Sequence record: PP793740.1
Length of the DNA: 64,000 nt
Strand: one strand, 5' to 3'
Shown: piece after piece, positions 47,089 to 56,756 of the stretch
Position numbering within the stretch: the stretch's first letter is position 1
Layout: every line of letters starts with the position of its first letter
Made by a program: the position numbers and the translations under genes
Notes under the pieces: model-generated
What the model was told of the DNA's origin: nothing
Seen by the model: the letters and a program-made list of their open reading frames with translations, nothing else
Database searches by the model: none

Positions 47089-47421
47089 TTAAACGAATAA
47101 TAACTCCAGTACTAATACTGGAAATTTATGCCGATATTGTGGATGTACATACGTATGAAATTTATGTGTGCCTAAATGGAATTCAACGTACAGTACAATA
47201 AAATCTTTAGCTACATTTCGATCATGTACGTAAATAGTGAGTATTTCACCATCATCATCTTTCTTACGTCCATAATCAAAATAGTAATTTTTGTTATCAG
47301 CTATCCCTTCAGCATTTAATTGAATGCCCCTTACATCAACAACATTTAAACTAGAATCTTCATTAAATAAAGATCTAGTGCTACCATGGTAAACCATTAA
47401 TGGATCTAATTGAATCTGCAT
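47089..47421 (-). CDS. hypothetical protein
   Basis: GAGGA RBS. Confidence 0.75.
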   Translation of the reverse strand: MQIQLDPLMVYHGSTRSLFNEDSSLNVVDVRGIQLNAEGIADNKNYYFDYGRKKDDDGEILTIYVHDRNVAKDFIVLYVEFHLGTHKFHTYVHPQYRHKFPVLVLELLFV

Positions 47422-47489
47422 GTGTTAGTCCTCTACTATGTAGTGAGGCACATGCCTCACTTATATTGTTTTAATTTTCATATTAATGA

Positions 47490-47837
47490 TCAATTAAAGT
47501 TAACAGTGCTATAAGCTTTGCCTAAAGCTGTAAATAGTTCTTCATTAAGTTCATCAAATTCTAACCAACCATTCATTTCACCTAAGATAGTTTTAACAAT
47601 CGTAAGATTAACAATCTCAGAGCTAGGAATGATATCTCGAATTCGCTCATGGAAATTAACTACTTGTTGAATACTTACTTTAGTATCATTGACTGAGATA
47701 TCATCATCAGTTAACTTATTAATAGCCATCATCGCTATACGTGAGAATAGATCAGTATGTTCTTCCTTAACAATTTCCCATGCTGCATTAAAGGAGTCAA
47801 GAACATCTAGATCATCAGAATTTAGTTGCTTTTGCAT
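47490..47837 (-). CDS. hypothetical protein
   Basis: GAGG RBS. Confidence 0.75.
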   Translation of the reverse strand: MQKQLNSDDLDVLDSFNAAWEIVKEEHTDLFSRIAMMAINKLTDDDISVNDTKVSIQQVVNFHERIRDIIPSSEIVNLTIVKTILGEMNGWLEFDELNEELFTALGKAYSTVNFN

Positions 47838-47939
47838 TTTAACCTCTTAAACATTATAACACATATACCCCACAACATAAGTCATGGAGTATATGCCTCG
47901 AAAGGTACGTAATAGAAATACTACTACATAGTATTGTAT

Positions 47940-48410
47940 TTACTCATTAATAACAGATACTTTGTTATTCTCAGCTTTACTTTTAGCCGATAGCGCTAAA
48001 TAGAGACAACTATACCAAGTGAAGTAGTCTCTTGGGAAATAGCCCTTTAAAAAAGTAGCCATATTTTTAGCACACGCTTTATTAATATTCTTATTAATGA
48101 TTTTCCTCTCATTCATTATTTTACAAGCTAACAATGAATAATGTAGTTGATTATTAGTACTTAGGTCTTCAAGGAATAGTTCTTTCACTGCTTGTGGCTT
48201 AGAACTTAGACACATTATAATTTCTTGAACAATATAGTCATTCGTCACTGAATGAATAAGTTCAAGATAGAGTGAAAGATTAATCGAATACAGATCTTGT
48301 TTATTATTGAAAATGTATCCATTTCTATCTAATGTAACTAATTTCTTATATGTGGGTGACATCTTTTCATTAACTATTTTATAAAAAAGACTAATCACTA
48401 ATTTAATCAT
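47940..48410 (-). CDS. hypothetical protein
   Basis: ORF track. Confidence 0.7.
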   Translation of the reverse strand: MIKLVISLFYKIVNEKMSPTYKKLVTLDRNGYIFNNKQDLYSINLSLYLELIHSVTNDYIVQEIIMCLSSKPQAVKELFLEDLSTNNQLHYSLLACKIMNERKIINKNINKACAKNMATFLKGYFPRDYFTWYSCLYLALSAKSKAENNKVSVINE

Positions 48411-49540
48411 TTTAATAAACTTCCATCTACTCTATAAAAACCATGGACATCACGTTTACCATTTAGACTAGGTATCTCATATGGATCAGTTGATGGATTT
48501 ATCAGTTTGATTTTGCATTTATCTAAACGATCACGCAAGCTGATATTACCAGATAATGTTAAACCACGATACTGAATATCGACATTATCTAAATCAACAA
48601 TGAGCGTACTAAGCTCCCCATTTGTTAAGTATGGTACCACAACCGAGTCAATTACTTTTGCAATTGTTTTAGCTTCAATATGTATCCAGTTTCCAATATG
48701 ATTAACAATCTCTGGAAACTTATCTAGATCTAATATGATACTATAGTCACACCTAATTTTGATAATTCCATTACTTGACCAATAATGCATTGCACTATTT
48801 ATACCACCTAAATGATTCTCCATAGGTGTGAACTTTAGCCGTCCATTGAAATCTATAAGCACTTTTGAGTTATTACATGTATCAACTATTCTTGACTGAT
48901 ACATAAACATATTAAGTAGTTTTCTATTGATGGCCACAGTTGTACCATTAGTTAATTCAACTACGACGATATCACCATCTGCTTCATAAGACTCTACAAT
49001 TAGAGTTATTGGGTTACTATCAAATTTGGAATTATTAGATAACCCACCCATCACAATCTTGTAATTACTATTAACTGATTTAACTTGATCTATTAAAGAT
49101 GGATCAATGAAATCCTTAGTGAGTGGTTTTGATGTGAAAATTACAGCCACATTTAGATCACTATTGATTGGTGTATTTACAGGTATGTATTGTTCATTAG
49201 AGAAATAGAATAATTTAAGATCTTCTATATCAGTTAGATTAATAATATCTAATGAATTATTAGTTACTTTATACATGAATGAATCAAAATTTTGTTCAAC
49301 AAAATAAATCATCCATGTCTTAGTTTCTTTGGTATAATAACCCCATACTAAACTTCGATCATGTAATTTCCCAGATAGCATTCCTGTGAAATAACCTGAC
49401 AGAATATCAATTTGATCAACATCTACATTTTCTCTGATGTATTTATCATTTAGATTAGCTATCTTTTGTTCTAATGTATCTACCTTTTTTGGTTTGTTAA
49501 AAATATCAATAACATTTTTTAAGTACTTAAACATAATCAT
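48407..49540 (-). CDS. hypothetical protein
   Basis: 377-aa ORF. Confidence 0.8.
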   Translation of the reverse strand: MIMFKYLKNVIDIFNKPKKVDTLEQKIANLNDKYIRENVDVDQIDILSGYFTGMLSGKLHDRSLVWGYYTKETKTWMIYFVEQNFDSFMYKVTNNSLDIINLTDIEDLKLFYFSNEQYIPVNTPINSDLNVAVIFTSKPLTKDFIDPSLIDQVKSVNSNYKIVMGGLSNNSKFDSNPITLIVESYEADGDIVVVELTNGTTVAINRKLLNMFMYQSRIVDTCNNSKVLIDFNGRLKFTPMENHLGGINSAMHYWSSNGIIKIRCDYSIILDLDKFPEIVNHIGNWIHIEAKTIAKVIDSVVVPYLTNGELSTLIVDLDNVDIQYRGLTLSGNISLRDRLDKCKIKLINPSTDPYEIPSLNGKRDVHGFYRVDGSLLK

Positions 49541-49589
49541 AAATTACCTTTTGAGTATAAACACGGAATAAAAGCGGTGTACACACCGC

Positions 49590-49889
49590 TTATTGTTCAA
49601 ATTTGATTTTGATATATCCACCACCAACATTAGGCTGCTTAGGTCTTAGCCATCCTAGATTAAGATCCATATTCAAAACAAACGTATATGCTGTTACTCC
49701 ATTTTCATCATCAACACTAATGGAGTGCCATCCATCATGATTTTGATCTTTAAGAGAATGGATTTTGGGATATAGTTGATTATGATTCAAATCAAATACT
49801 GTAACATCTCCAATTGATCTAATTGGATAACCGCGAGATCCTAAATGATGGGCTCCTCTGCGGTCCAGTGAAATAATAGCTTCGTTCAC
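49590..49889 (-). CDS. hypothetical protein
   Basis: GTG start, GAGG RBS, after promoter cassette. Confidence 0.7.
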   Translation of the reverse strand: MNEAIISLDRRGAHHLGSRGYPIRSIGDVTVFDLNHNQLYPKIHSLKDQNHDGWHSISVDDENGVTAYTFVLNMDLNLGWLRPKQPNVGGGYIKIKFEQ

Positions 49890-49932
49890 GATAATTACCT
49901 CATGTAGATGTTTCCATTAGTATATGCTAATC

Positions 49933-49993
49933 TATAATGTAGATCTCAAATAAAATTTAGTGCAATAGCCCTCCCCGAAGGGAGGGCTTTATG
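49933..49993 (-). repeat. terminator plus promoter cassette, copy A2
   Basis: 49943-49993 identical to 34471-34521; promoter core variant TACATTAT. Confidence 0.9.
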
Positions 49994-49999
49994 ACAACA

Positions 50000-50230
50000 T
50001 TACCGCTTACTCATTATCGCAGCTAGTTCAACTTTAAATAATGCTTCTTCGACTTTACGAGAAATAGCATTTATTTGAACACGTTTATTATTTTCACGAT
50101 CTAATGCAATTGTATTTTTTCGTGTACAATAATCGTGTAAACCCAGTTGTCGCCTAACATAGAAAATAACAATTAATTTCAAAACACGAATATATCTCAT
50201 AACGCGCTTGAACATTTTATAAATCCTCAA
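50000..50230 (-). CDS. hypothetical basic protein
   Basis: ORF track. Confidence 0.65.
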   Translation of the reverse strand: MRIYKMFKRVMRYIRVLKLIVIFYVRRQLGLHDYCTRKNTIALDRENNKRVQINAISRKVEEALFKVELAAIMSKR

Positions 50231-50234
50231 TAAT

Positions 50235-50426
50235 TTAAGGAATTGCTTTTAAAGCTTCTTCGCGTTCAGCTAAAAGCTTATCATATTGTATTTGTAATCG
50301 GTTAATTTCCGCACGAGTTAATTTTGTCTTAGCATTAGGTTTCAACTTATGGTTAATATCAACGGTAATACCATGGTACCTAAATAGAGCTTCCATTTTG
50401 GCTATTTTCTTTTCAATATCATCCAT
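50235..50426 (-). CDS. hypothetical protein
   Basis: ORF track. Confidence 0.7.
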   Translation of the reverse strand: MDDIEKKIAKMEALFRYHGITVDINHKLKPNAKTKLTRAEINRLQIQYDKLLAEREEALKAIP

Positions 50427-50458
50427 AGCTAAAATCCAAAAAAAATAATAATGACTAA

Positions 50459-50476
50459 GGGGACCAGAAGGTCCCC
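50459..50476 (-). terminator. terminator
   Basis: GGGGACC-AGAA-GGTCCCC. Confidence 0.75.
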
Positions 50477-50483
50477 TATATCG

Positions 50484-50960
50484 TTAGGCAGTAATAGCGC
50501 GGCGGAAGACTGAATCAAACTCTTCCTGGTATGCTTTAATCAGCTTTGCAGTTTCTTCACAAATGGTATTATTACCATAAAATGCATCTGCAAAAGATTC
50601 TTGCTTACGTACTTCACAACCGAATAGCTCAAGACCATTTTTTGCTAGCTCAACTTTGAACTTAGCTAATTCGGTCATACCAATTGGTTTGGCCCGCCCT
50701 TCTTCGATACCATTTTCTTTTAGTTTAATATTATCACATACACTGCAATGACGAACATCTTTTTGTTTGTTCTTACGGAAGTTAGGACTTGATTTAGTTT
50801 GTTTTGCAGCAATGTCCATAAAGGTTTCCCTAGAATTTTTACGAACCGCAGCTTCATGATTCTTTTTAGCTCGATTTTTCTGTTTCTTCTGAACCGGCTT
50901 CGGCTGTACACCCAGCATTGAACCAAGTTCGCTCCAGGAAGAAATAGTATTGCGTGACAT
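50484..50960 (-). CDS. hypothetical basic protein with CxxC
   Basis: AGGAG RBS; Lys-rich N-half; HCSVC. Confidence 0.75.
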   Translation of the reverse strand: MSRNTISSWSELGSMLGVQPKPVQKKQKNRAKKNHEAAVRKNSRETFMDIAAKQTKSSPNFRKNKQKDVRHCSVCDNIKLKENGIEEGRAKPIGMTELAKFKVELAKNGLELFGCEVRKQESFADAFYGNNTICEETAKLIKAYQEEFDSVFRRAITA

Positions 50961-50989
50961 GTATTAGAATCTCCTATATATGTTGATTA

Positions 50990-51023
50990 TATCACATTTG
51001 TGATATACTGTTTAAAATGCTTT
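50990..51023 (-). promoter_or_regulatory. early-promoter cassette variant
   Basis: 33/34 identical to 25029-25062 (core TATCAC instead of TATTAC). Confidence 0.7.
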
Positions 51024-51050
51024 GAATGTATAAACCACTATGTTGGTCAA

Positions 51051-51287
51051 TCATAGATAGAATGGTTCATGAATAACAACCCGATAACGAGTGTTATATT
51101 GGTTAATTGGAAACATATGAACAATCTTAAAATGCAGTTCAGCAACCAAATTAAAGAATTCAGCATGCATGTTATCAGTTGAAATATCAAATGAGATTGT
51201 ATCATTAACTGCACAAAGTTCTGAATCAGATGCCTTTGTAATTTCAGTTAGCCGACTGACAAACTTTTCTTGGTTAGGACTAAGCAT
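51051..51287 (-). CDS. hypothetical protein
   Basis: ORF track. Confidence 0.7.
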   Translation of the reverse strand: MLSPNQEKFVSRLTEITKASDSELCAVNDTISFDISTDNMHAEFFNLVAELHFKIVHMFPINQYNTRYRVVIHEPFYL

Positions 51288-51289
51288 TA

Positions 51290-51859
51290 TTAAAGTCTCG
51301 CTGTTGTGATACCAATTTGATTTTGATATTTACCATTACGTTTTGCATAACTAACTTCACATGGGGCATCACCTCTAAAGAACATAAACTGAGCAATACC
51401 CATATCAGCATAAATTTTTAGAGGTAGTGTAGTGCAGTTTGCAATCTCAATAACGACTTGTCCTTTGAAACCTGGTTCAATAGGAGTGACATTAACAATT
51501 GCACCTAGTCGTGCATAGGTTGATTTACCTGTGCAAATAGCTAGGACATCATCTGGAATATTAAACGATTCTACAGTATGACCAAGAATATAACTGTTAG
51601 GTGGAATAATACAATAATCACCAGTCCAATCTACTAAGAATCCATCACTAGGGTCTAATGGGTCAATAACTGCACTTGTTACATTAGAAAAGATCTTAAA
51701 ATTACGGGCTAGCCTTACATCGTACCCATATGAACTAAGCCCATAACTAATAATCTTTTTACCATCTTTTTCACGGACCTGGTGACCAATGAAATCCGTA
51801 ATCATTGGTTCACGACCTTTAGATAAGTCAGTGATTGTTTTATCAGATAGAATAGCCAT
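51290..51859 (-). CDS. dcd: dCTP deaminase
   Basis: SYGYDVRL; GKSTYARLG; IEPGFKGQVVIEI; IAQFMF; GKYQNQ. Confidence 0.92.
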   Translation of the reverse strand: MAILSDKTITDLSKGREPMITDFIGHQVREKDGKKIISYGLSSYGYDVRLARNFKIFSNVTSAVIDPLDPSDGFLVDWTGDYCIIPPNSYILGHTVESFNIPDDVLAICTGKSTYARLGAIVNVTPIEPGFKGQVVIEIANCTTLPLKIYADMGIAQFMFFRGDAPCEVSYAKRNGKYQNQIGITTARL

Positions 51860-51882
51860 TTTTAACTTTTCCTGTTAAGTAA

Positions 51883-52467
51883 TCATCCCCAGAATCGGGC
51901 GATGAAGTGAACACACTCCATCTTTTTAGTTTCTTCCAGGAACTTGAAATAACCATCATCCACACCATTGCTCAAAAATAGCTGGCGATAGGTTTTTTCC
52001 GAAATGACTTCACCATTAACATCTTGATCGAACATCGTTGGCTTCTGATCATAATCGAAGTTCCAGAGGTCTTCCATATTGAAGATCATTGTAAGTGGGT
52101 ACCAACCATCTTCACTATAATAGGCGTACGGTGTTAGATTGTCCTGTTTGGAATTGACAATTTGTGAAAGGCGACCTTCAAAGTTGTTCCATACTGGATG
52201 CGAGTCATCACTGACGAGTGTACCAAATCCACAGCCTTTAAGAGTCGGTCGACAGAATCGGTTGGTATACTCATTATTATCGGTTAACCAATCCCAAAGA
52301 TAATAGCAACGGCTAAAGTTAAGAGCCTCGCATGTATGCATGTCAATGAATTTAAGTACACGTGCACCATCTGAAGAACGTGTGGAACGTTTGGTAACTA
52401 CAGGGAAAACATCAATACCCATTTTAATCATCCATTTAACAGAATTTTTCTTGACCAGGGATTTCAC
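51883..52467 (-). CDS. conserved phage hypothetical protein
   Basis: MGIDVF...SRCYYLWDWL; possibly same family as 56756. Confidence 0.7.
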   Translation of the reverse strand: MKSLVKKNSVKWMIKMGIDVFPVVTKRSTRSSDGARVLKFIDMHTCEALNFSRCYYLWDWLTDNNEYTNRFCRPTLKGCGFGTLVSDDSHPVWNNFEGRLSQIVNSKQDNLTPYAYYSEDGWYPLTMIFNMEDLWNFDYDQKPTMFDQDVNGEVISEKTYRQLFLSNGVDDGYFKFLEETKKMECVHFIARFWG

Positions 52468-52780
52468 CGTCCATAACCTCTAGTACCCAACGGCCAGTCA
52501 TCAACTCACGTGCAACATCACATGCCGCCCCGCCAATCTTCTCAGCTACTTTGTCCAGCAGAATTGGATGATAGTTGTGATCACCCATTACTGCGAACTT
52601 GCTTTCCCGTTCTATTTCAGCAAGTAAATCAGTGTCAACCCATTCAACACGCCCATCTGGATAGACAATATTAAGACCATACCACTTACAATAGTTTTCG
52701 ATGGTTACAACTGGAATGTCATAAACACCTTTAAAACACAGCGGTAACTTACGATCTGAGTAATGAATACGTTCAGTCAT
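52436..52780 (-). CDS. hypothetical protein
   Basis: ORF track. Confidence 0.75.
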   Translation of the reverse strand: MTERIHYSDRKLPLCFKGVYDIPVVTIENYCKWYGLNIVYPDGRVEWVDTDLLAEIERESKFAVMGDHNYHPILLDKVAEKIGGAACDVARELMTGRWVLEVMDGEIPGQEKFC

Positions 52781-53196
52781 TTGCCATTCACCAATTCAAA
52801 ATAATTTTTTAGTAGATCTTCAGTTATTGGACGAGTATGTTCTTTAATCGATAATTCCTTACTGTCCATTTCAATTTCATATTCAGAAATTTGAAATTGC
52901 TTATGTGGCACTGAACCATCTAACATAATGATCACATCTGCTAAGACTTGATCCACTGCACATTGCAACAAATTATTAACTTGTTGATTATCAGTAAGTG
53001 AGTAATCATTGATGGCTTTATTACGAATGTCATATAGCCTTTTACTTAAAGGAGTATTACGTTCAATATGTTCTGTTCGCCACTCTTCTAAAATCTGTTC
53101 TGTACTTAGTTTGGATAATGACGATCCGCCAAGTTTCTTCCTAACTTCATTTTCTGAAAATGGTTTATCATGCCAGAATTGATGATCTTGTTTCAT
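52777..53196 (-). CDS. hypothetical protein, distant LDG family member
   Basis: AVDQVLADVIIMLDGSVPHKQF. Confidence 0.7.
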   Translation of the reverse strand: MKQDHQFWHDKPFSENEVRKKLGGSSLSKLSTEQILEEWRTEHIERNTPLSKRLYDIRNKAINDYSLTDNQQVNNLLQCAVDQVLADVIIMLDGSVPHKQFQISEYEIEMDSKELSIKEHTRPITEDLLKNYFELVNGK

Positions 53197-53208
53197 AGTA
53201 AATCCTTT

Positions 53209-53466
53209 TTATAATTTAGAAATAGGTTTTAATACCGTATCTTTTTCATTGAATGGATTATAAACTTTATGCGGATTAATCATCTTTAGTTGCTCATTCT
53301 TTCTTTCTAAATAAGCATCTGATGGTTTAATTGTTTTAGTTTTCCAAAAGTCATCGATTGGTTTTAACTTATCCATTTCTGACTGTTCGTTATCAAAAGG
53401 AGTTTCCCGATTTCTTAGTCGGGTCGAATTGAATAGGAGTCGTAAACTCCCGTCGTAATTCCTCAT
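53209..53466 (-). CDS. hypothetical protein
   Basis: ORF track. Confidence 0.65.
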   Translation of the reverse strand: MRNYDGSLRLLFNSTRLRNRETPFDNEQSEMDKLKPIDDFWKTKTIKPSDAYLERKNEQLKMINPHKVYNPFNEKDTVLKPISKL

Positions 53467-53582
53467 CTAAATTCTTCTCTTGAATTAATTTAGGAAAATG
53501 TTTTCTAACTGTTTTAATTGAAGCTATTAAATTGGAATAGGCTTTTTCTATGGACATTTTTATAACTCAAAATACATTATAA

Positions 53583-53606
53583 AGACAGTGGCTAAAACCA
53601 CTGTCT
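53583..53606 (-). terminator. terminator
   Basis: AGACAGTGG-CTAAAA-CCACTGTCT. Confidence 0.7.
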
Positions 53607-53728
53607 AATTATTTCCCATAATGATCCACCTATAACTGCACTTAGAAAAAGCATTTTGAATATGGGTGGTTCTTCTTGTTCATGTTGCATGTCTGATTTA
53701 TTATTTTCGCTAGCCATTTTCTTTTACT

Positions 53729-54097
53729 CTAATGCCCACCATATTCTCTAATTTTCTCACCATCCCAAAACTCATAACCAGTCATATTGTGATTAAATGG
53801 CTTTATTTTAGTAAACCCACTACGATAGATCCAGAAATGACCAGTGCCTCTTTTTAAGCGGCACTTATACATTGCTTTTTTCTCATATTCCGTGGGAGGG
53901 CTAATTTCTAGAACTTCAAGTTCATCACCCCGTATACAGAATAGCGCTGGTGGATGCTCACAAGATGCTTTCATACCGAGAACACCTGTTGACCAAACTG
54001 TATCACCTGGCTTAATAACAGTGATGTCATTTGATACAGGTATTACAGGAATTGCACACATATTAGATGCTCCAGAGTAATTACCTCCAAAGAGCAA
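53729..54097 (-). CDS. small beta-rich protein, SH3-like paralogue family
   Basis: IKPGDTVWST...IRGDELEVLEI. Confidence 0.65.
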   Translation of the reverse strand: MLFGGNYSGASNMCAIPVIPVSNDITVIKPGDTVWSTGVLGMKASCEHPPALFCIRGDELEVLEISPPTEYEKKAMYKCRLKRGTGHFWIYRSGFTKIKPFNHNMTGYEFWDGEKIREYGGH

Positions 54098-54188
54098 ACA
54101 CTGATATATTCATAGTCTGCTCTTTAGTAATATTTAAGAAGTTGGAATATTCATACTGGAGATAAACTAATGTCCATTTATACTAATC

Positions 54189-54791
54189 TCATTGTGTATA
54201 ATAATTCTTTTTGAGATTATCCATATCGTAAGAATCATGTTTGAACTCAAACTTCTTAGCTATCTCACTCGAAAAAGCTTGTTTACGTTTTTCTTCTTGT
54301 TCACGGATATCGTAAGGACCATTCTCTTTAACAAGATATTTTTTATACGGCCCAGTTCCTTGGATATATCCATCAGGAATAATGGTTGTGAGATATTTAG
54401 CCTCTACCAACCGGATGCACCGTCCATAACCAACTTCATTGGCATGACGAACTTGGATTAGTTGTCTATTCTTGGCAATACGTTCAGATATGCATGGGAA
54501 GTAAACCGGATCATCTCCTTTTTTACAGTTACCCATATCAACCTTTGCGTACAGAATTTTTCTATGATTGGCTTCGAAGAAAGCCCGAGCTTCACGAATA
54601 CGTTGGGACCGAATAGCTTCCTTAGTTCTGACATTCTTTAGATGTGCAGGTTGTAAAAAAGGATTCATCTTTCGCACGTGACGTTGGATAAGTTTTGTCG
54701 TGTAATGAGGTGAATCATTAGCCATAGCCAGTAGGCTATTGTACATCTCAATCGACATGATTACTTGCTGCGGGTCATTATTGCGCTGCAT
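54189..54791 (-). CDS. hypothetical protein
   Basis: GGAG RBS. Confidence 0.75.
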   Translation of the reverse strand: MQRNNDPQQVIMSIEMYNSLLAMANDSPHYTTKLIQRHVRKMNPFLQPAHLKNVRTKEAIRSQRIREARAFFEANHRKILYAKVDMGNCKKGDDPVYFPCISERIAKNRQLIQVRHANEVGYGRCIRLVEAKYLTTIIPDGYIQGTGPYKKYLVKENGPYDIREQEEKRKQAFSSEIAKKFEFKHDSYDMDNLKKNYYTQ

Positions 54792-54898
54792 GCTGATCTC
54801 CGTATGTGAAATAATGCTTTACTTTAAGGTCATCAGGATTATAAATAACACGTTGGAATTCATGTTTCTTCGCTAGTTTAAAAGCAGCTTACTTTTCC

Positions 54899-55999
54899 TT
54901 AGAAACCTACACGACTTGCTTTGCGTGGGCTACTGCAAGAACTAGTATTCAATGCTTCAGCTAAAGTAAGATTATTACCGACAAACTCAACTGGATCTAG
55001 ACCATTAGCTAAACGAGCTGCATTCGCTTGTTCAGCAGTAAGTGTTTTGAAGGTAAGAATATCGAAAGCACGGCCAGGTCGAACTAAAGCTTCATCAACA
55101 TCACGAAGAGTCGGAAGATTAGTAGAAATGATAATCTTGGTCTTAGTAGATACTAGACCAGCTGTAGCATTTAATAGCCCTGACATATTACTATTACCAT
55201 CTACACGTTTAGCCACCATTTTATCAGAGTCTTCTGTAATAATGAGTGAATTATCCTCAACACCACGAATAAAATTAGTCAAACCGGCGTGGCCAAGTAC
55301 ATCATCTTGATCAGCTAGATACACATTACGATCATTATAACCACGAGCCCGAATAATCTCATTGATATAATTAGACTTACCAGTACCAGGAGGACCAATC
55401 AATAGTAGAACATTAGATTCAGATGCAGCGAATTCAGTCCAGATTTCAGCTGGAGATCGATCTAGGAATGGATACATTTCCATCATATTTGGATTGTAGT
55501 TACGAACAGAAATAACTTCACTAAAGCTATATAGTTCATTATTTTGATAGTTAACCCGAATTCTTTTAATACTAGGTGGACGAGTCTGATCAAATACTTC
55601 TTCAAAACGTAATTTAAATACTTTGATCAGTTCTTCATTGGAGTATAATCTAAAGTTCTGACTAGTGGTACCTTCCATTCCATTCATTAGGAAACCAATG
55701 ATTCCTTCATCATCTAGTAATGCAAAACCACCACTAATTCTGAATGCTTTCAGATTTAAAGGGCTTATAACTTCATCACATAGTTTGTAAATTTGTTCTT
55801 TGATGAATTCTTTTCTATCAACTCCAAAAGGATAGTGAATACGTAGATCTTCACTATCTGAACTAATTCCCTGTTCATTAAGAGTATAGCGATATGCATT
55901 GGAAATTGCACGGCCATTATCAACCTCCATAGCAATGGAGATAAAACGATCAATCCACTTCTGCTGGACTAACGTAAGTTTGCTATTACGATAATTCAT
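54899..55999 (-). CDS. AAA+ ATPase
   Basis: Walker A GPPGTGKS; Walker B LIITEDSD; SGLLN; ISTNL; VDEALVRPGR. Confidence 0.88.
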   Translation of the reverse strand: MNYRNSKLTLVQQKWIDRFISIAMEVDNGRAISNAYRYTLNEQGISSDSEDLRIHYPFGVDRKEFIKEQIYKLCDEVISPLNLKAFRISGGFALLDDEGIIGFLMNGMEGTTSQNFRLYSNEELIKVFKLRFEEVFDQTRPPSIKRIRVNYQNNELYSFSEVISVRNYNPNMMEMYPFLDRSPAEIWTEFAASESNVLLLIGPPGTGKSNYINEIIRARGYNDRNVYLADQDDVLGHAGLTNFIRGVEDNSLIITEDSDKMVAKRVDGNSNMSGLLNATAGLVSTKTKIIISTNLPTLRDVDEALVRPGRAFDILTFKTLTAEQANAARLANGLDPVEFVGNNLTLAEALNTSSCSSPRKASRVGF

Positions 56000-56042
56000 T
56001 TGATGTTCCTTTTCTAATTGATAATCTAATTTGAGACGATAT

Positions 56043-56068
56043 AAACCCTCCTACTAAGAGGAGGGTTT
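56043..56068 (-). terminator. terminator
   Basis: AAACCCTCCT-ACTAAG-AGGAGGGTTT. Confidence 0.8.
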
Positions 56069-56102
56069 ATTTTGGCTATTATAACTAATTCATTTGAGAA
56101 AA

Positions 56103-56756
56103 TTAATTATTATATTCATCCATCAATTCAGGTAGACGGCTATCTCTAGGATCTAAGATTTCAGACCAATCAATTGGCATATATGGCTCATCAGATTCAT
56201 TTTTATTTAACCATTCTTCTAGTCTCTTTACATCATCGGACCAGTATAGGTTATACATAGTTGGCACATTTGCATCTAATGCCAACTGCCACGCTGTATT
56301 AGTACCACCACTAATTACAGAGGTTGGTGTCTTTTGTTCACCGTATGCAATAATAGTTGAAACAGGTTCACGTAAAGTATGGCCATGAATTTGAAATACA
56401 TTACGAGTATGTAGTTCAATACCTGTTCTACCTAAACCATTGAAACTTCCCCGAGCTGCACAGGCCATTGCCATAGCTGTGGGAATGGTATCAGTATATA
56501 CGGAGGCATCATGAAACCACGCTAGATTCTCAATTCGTCTTCCAAGAAATCCATTTCGAATAATGTAAATACGACTTTCTACTGTATCCCATTTATCAGA
56601 CTGAATTGCACCATACCAACCAGCTCTATCTGATCCATATGCATCGCCTGATGAAATACCTATACCTAGATCAACAAATGTTCTTCCTGCGCGTATCATC
56701 AATTCTAGGGCCCATGTAGGGGCATAGCGACTACCGACAATAGCTGTCATTGCCAT
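56103..56756 (-). CDS. SLOG-superfamily (DprA/Smf-like) protein
   Basis: AIVGSR; SSGDAYGSD; RNVFQIHG; GGTNTAWQLA. Confidence 0.7.
   Translation of the reverse strand: MAMTAIVGSRYAPTWALELMIRAGRTFVDLGIGISSGDAYGSDRAGWYGAIQSDKWDTVESRIYIIRNGFLGRRIENLAWFHDASVYTDTIPTAMAMACAARGSFNGLGRTGIELHTRNVFQIHGHTLREPVSTIIAYGEQKTPTSVISGGTNTAWQLALDANVPTMYNLYWSDDVKRLEEWLNKNESDEPYMPIDWSEILDPRDSRLPELMDEYNN

Noticed and set aside
7785-49988. Recurrent CCCTCCCCGAAGGGAGGG as CRISPR or REP-like repeat
   Set aside because: Copies are dispersed, single, always at gene ends with A/T tails; they are terminators, with no regular spacers or cas genes
53470-53720. Short minus-strand ORFs, one possibly frameshifted into a TM tail (NAFLSAVIGGSLWEIIRQWF)
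   Set aside because: Frame joining is conjectural and the tail overlaps a terminator hairpin
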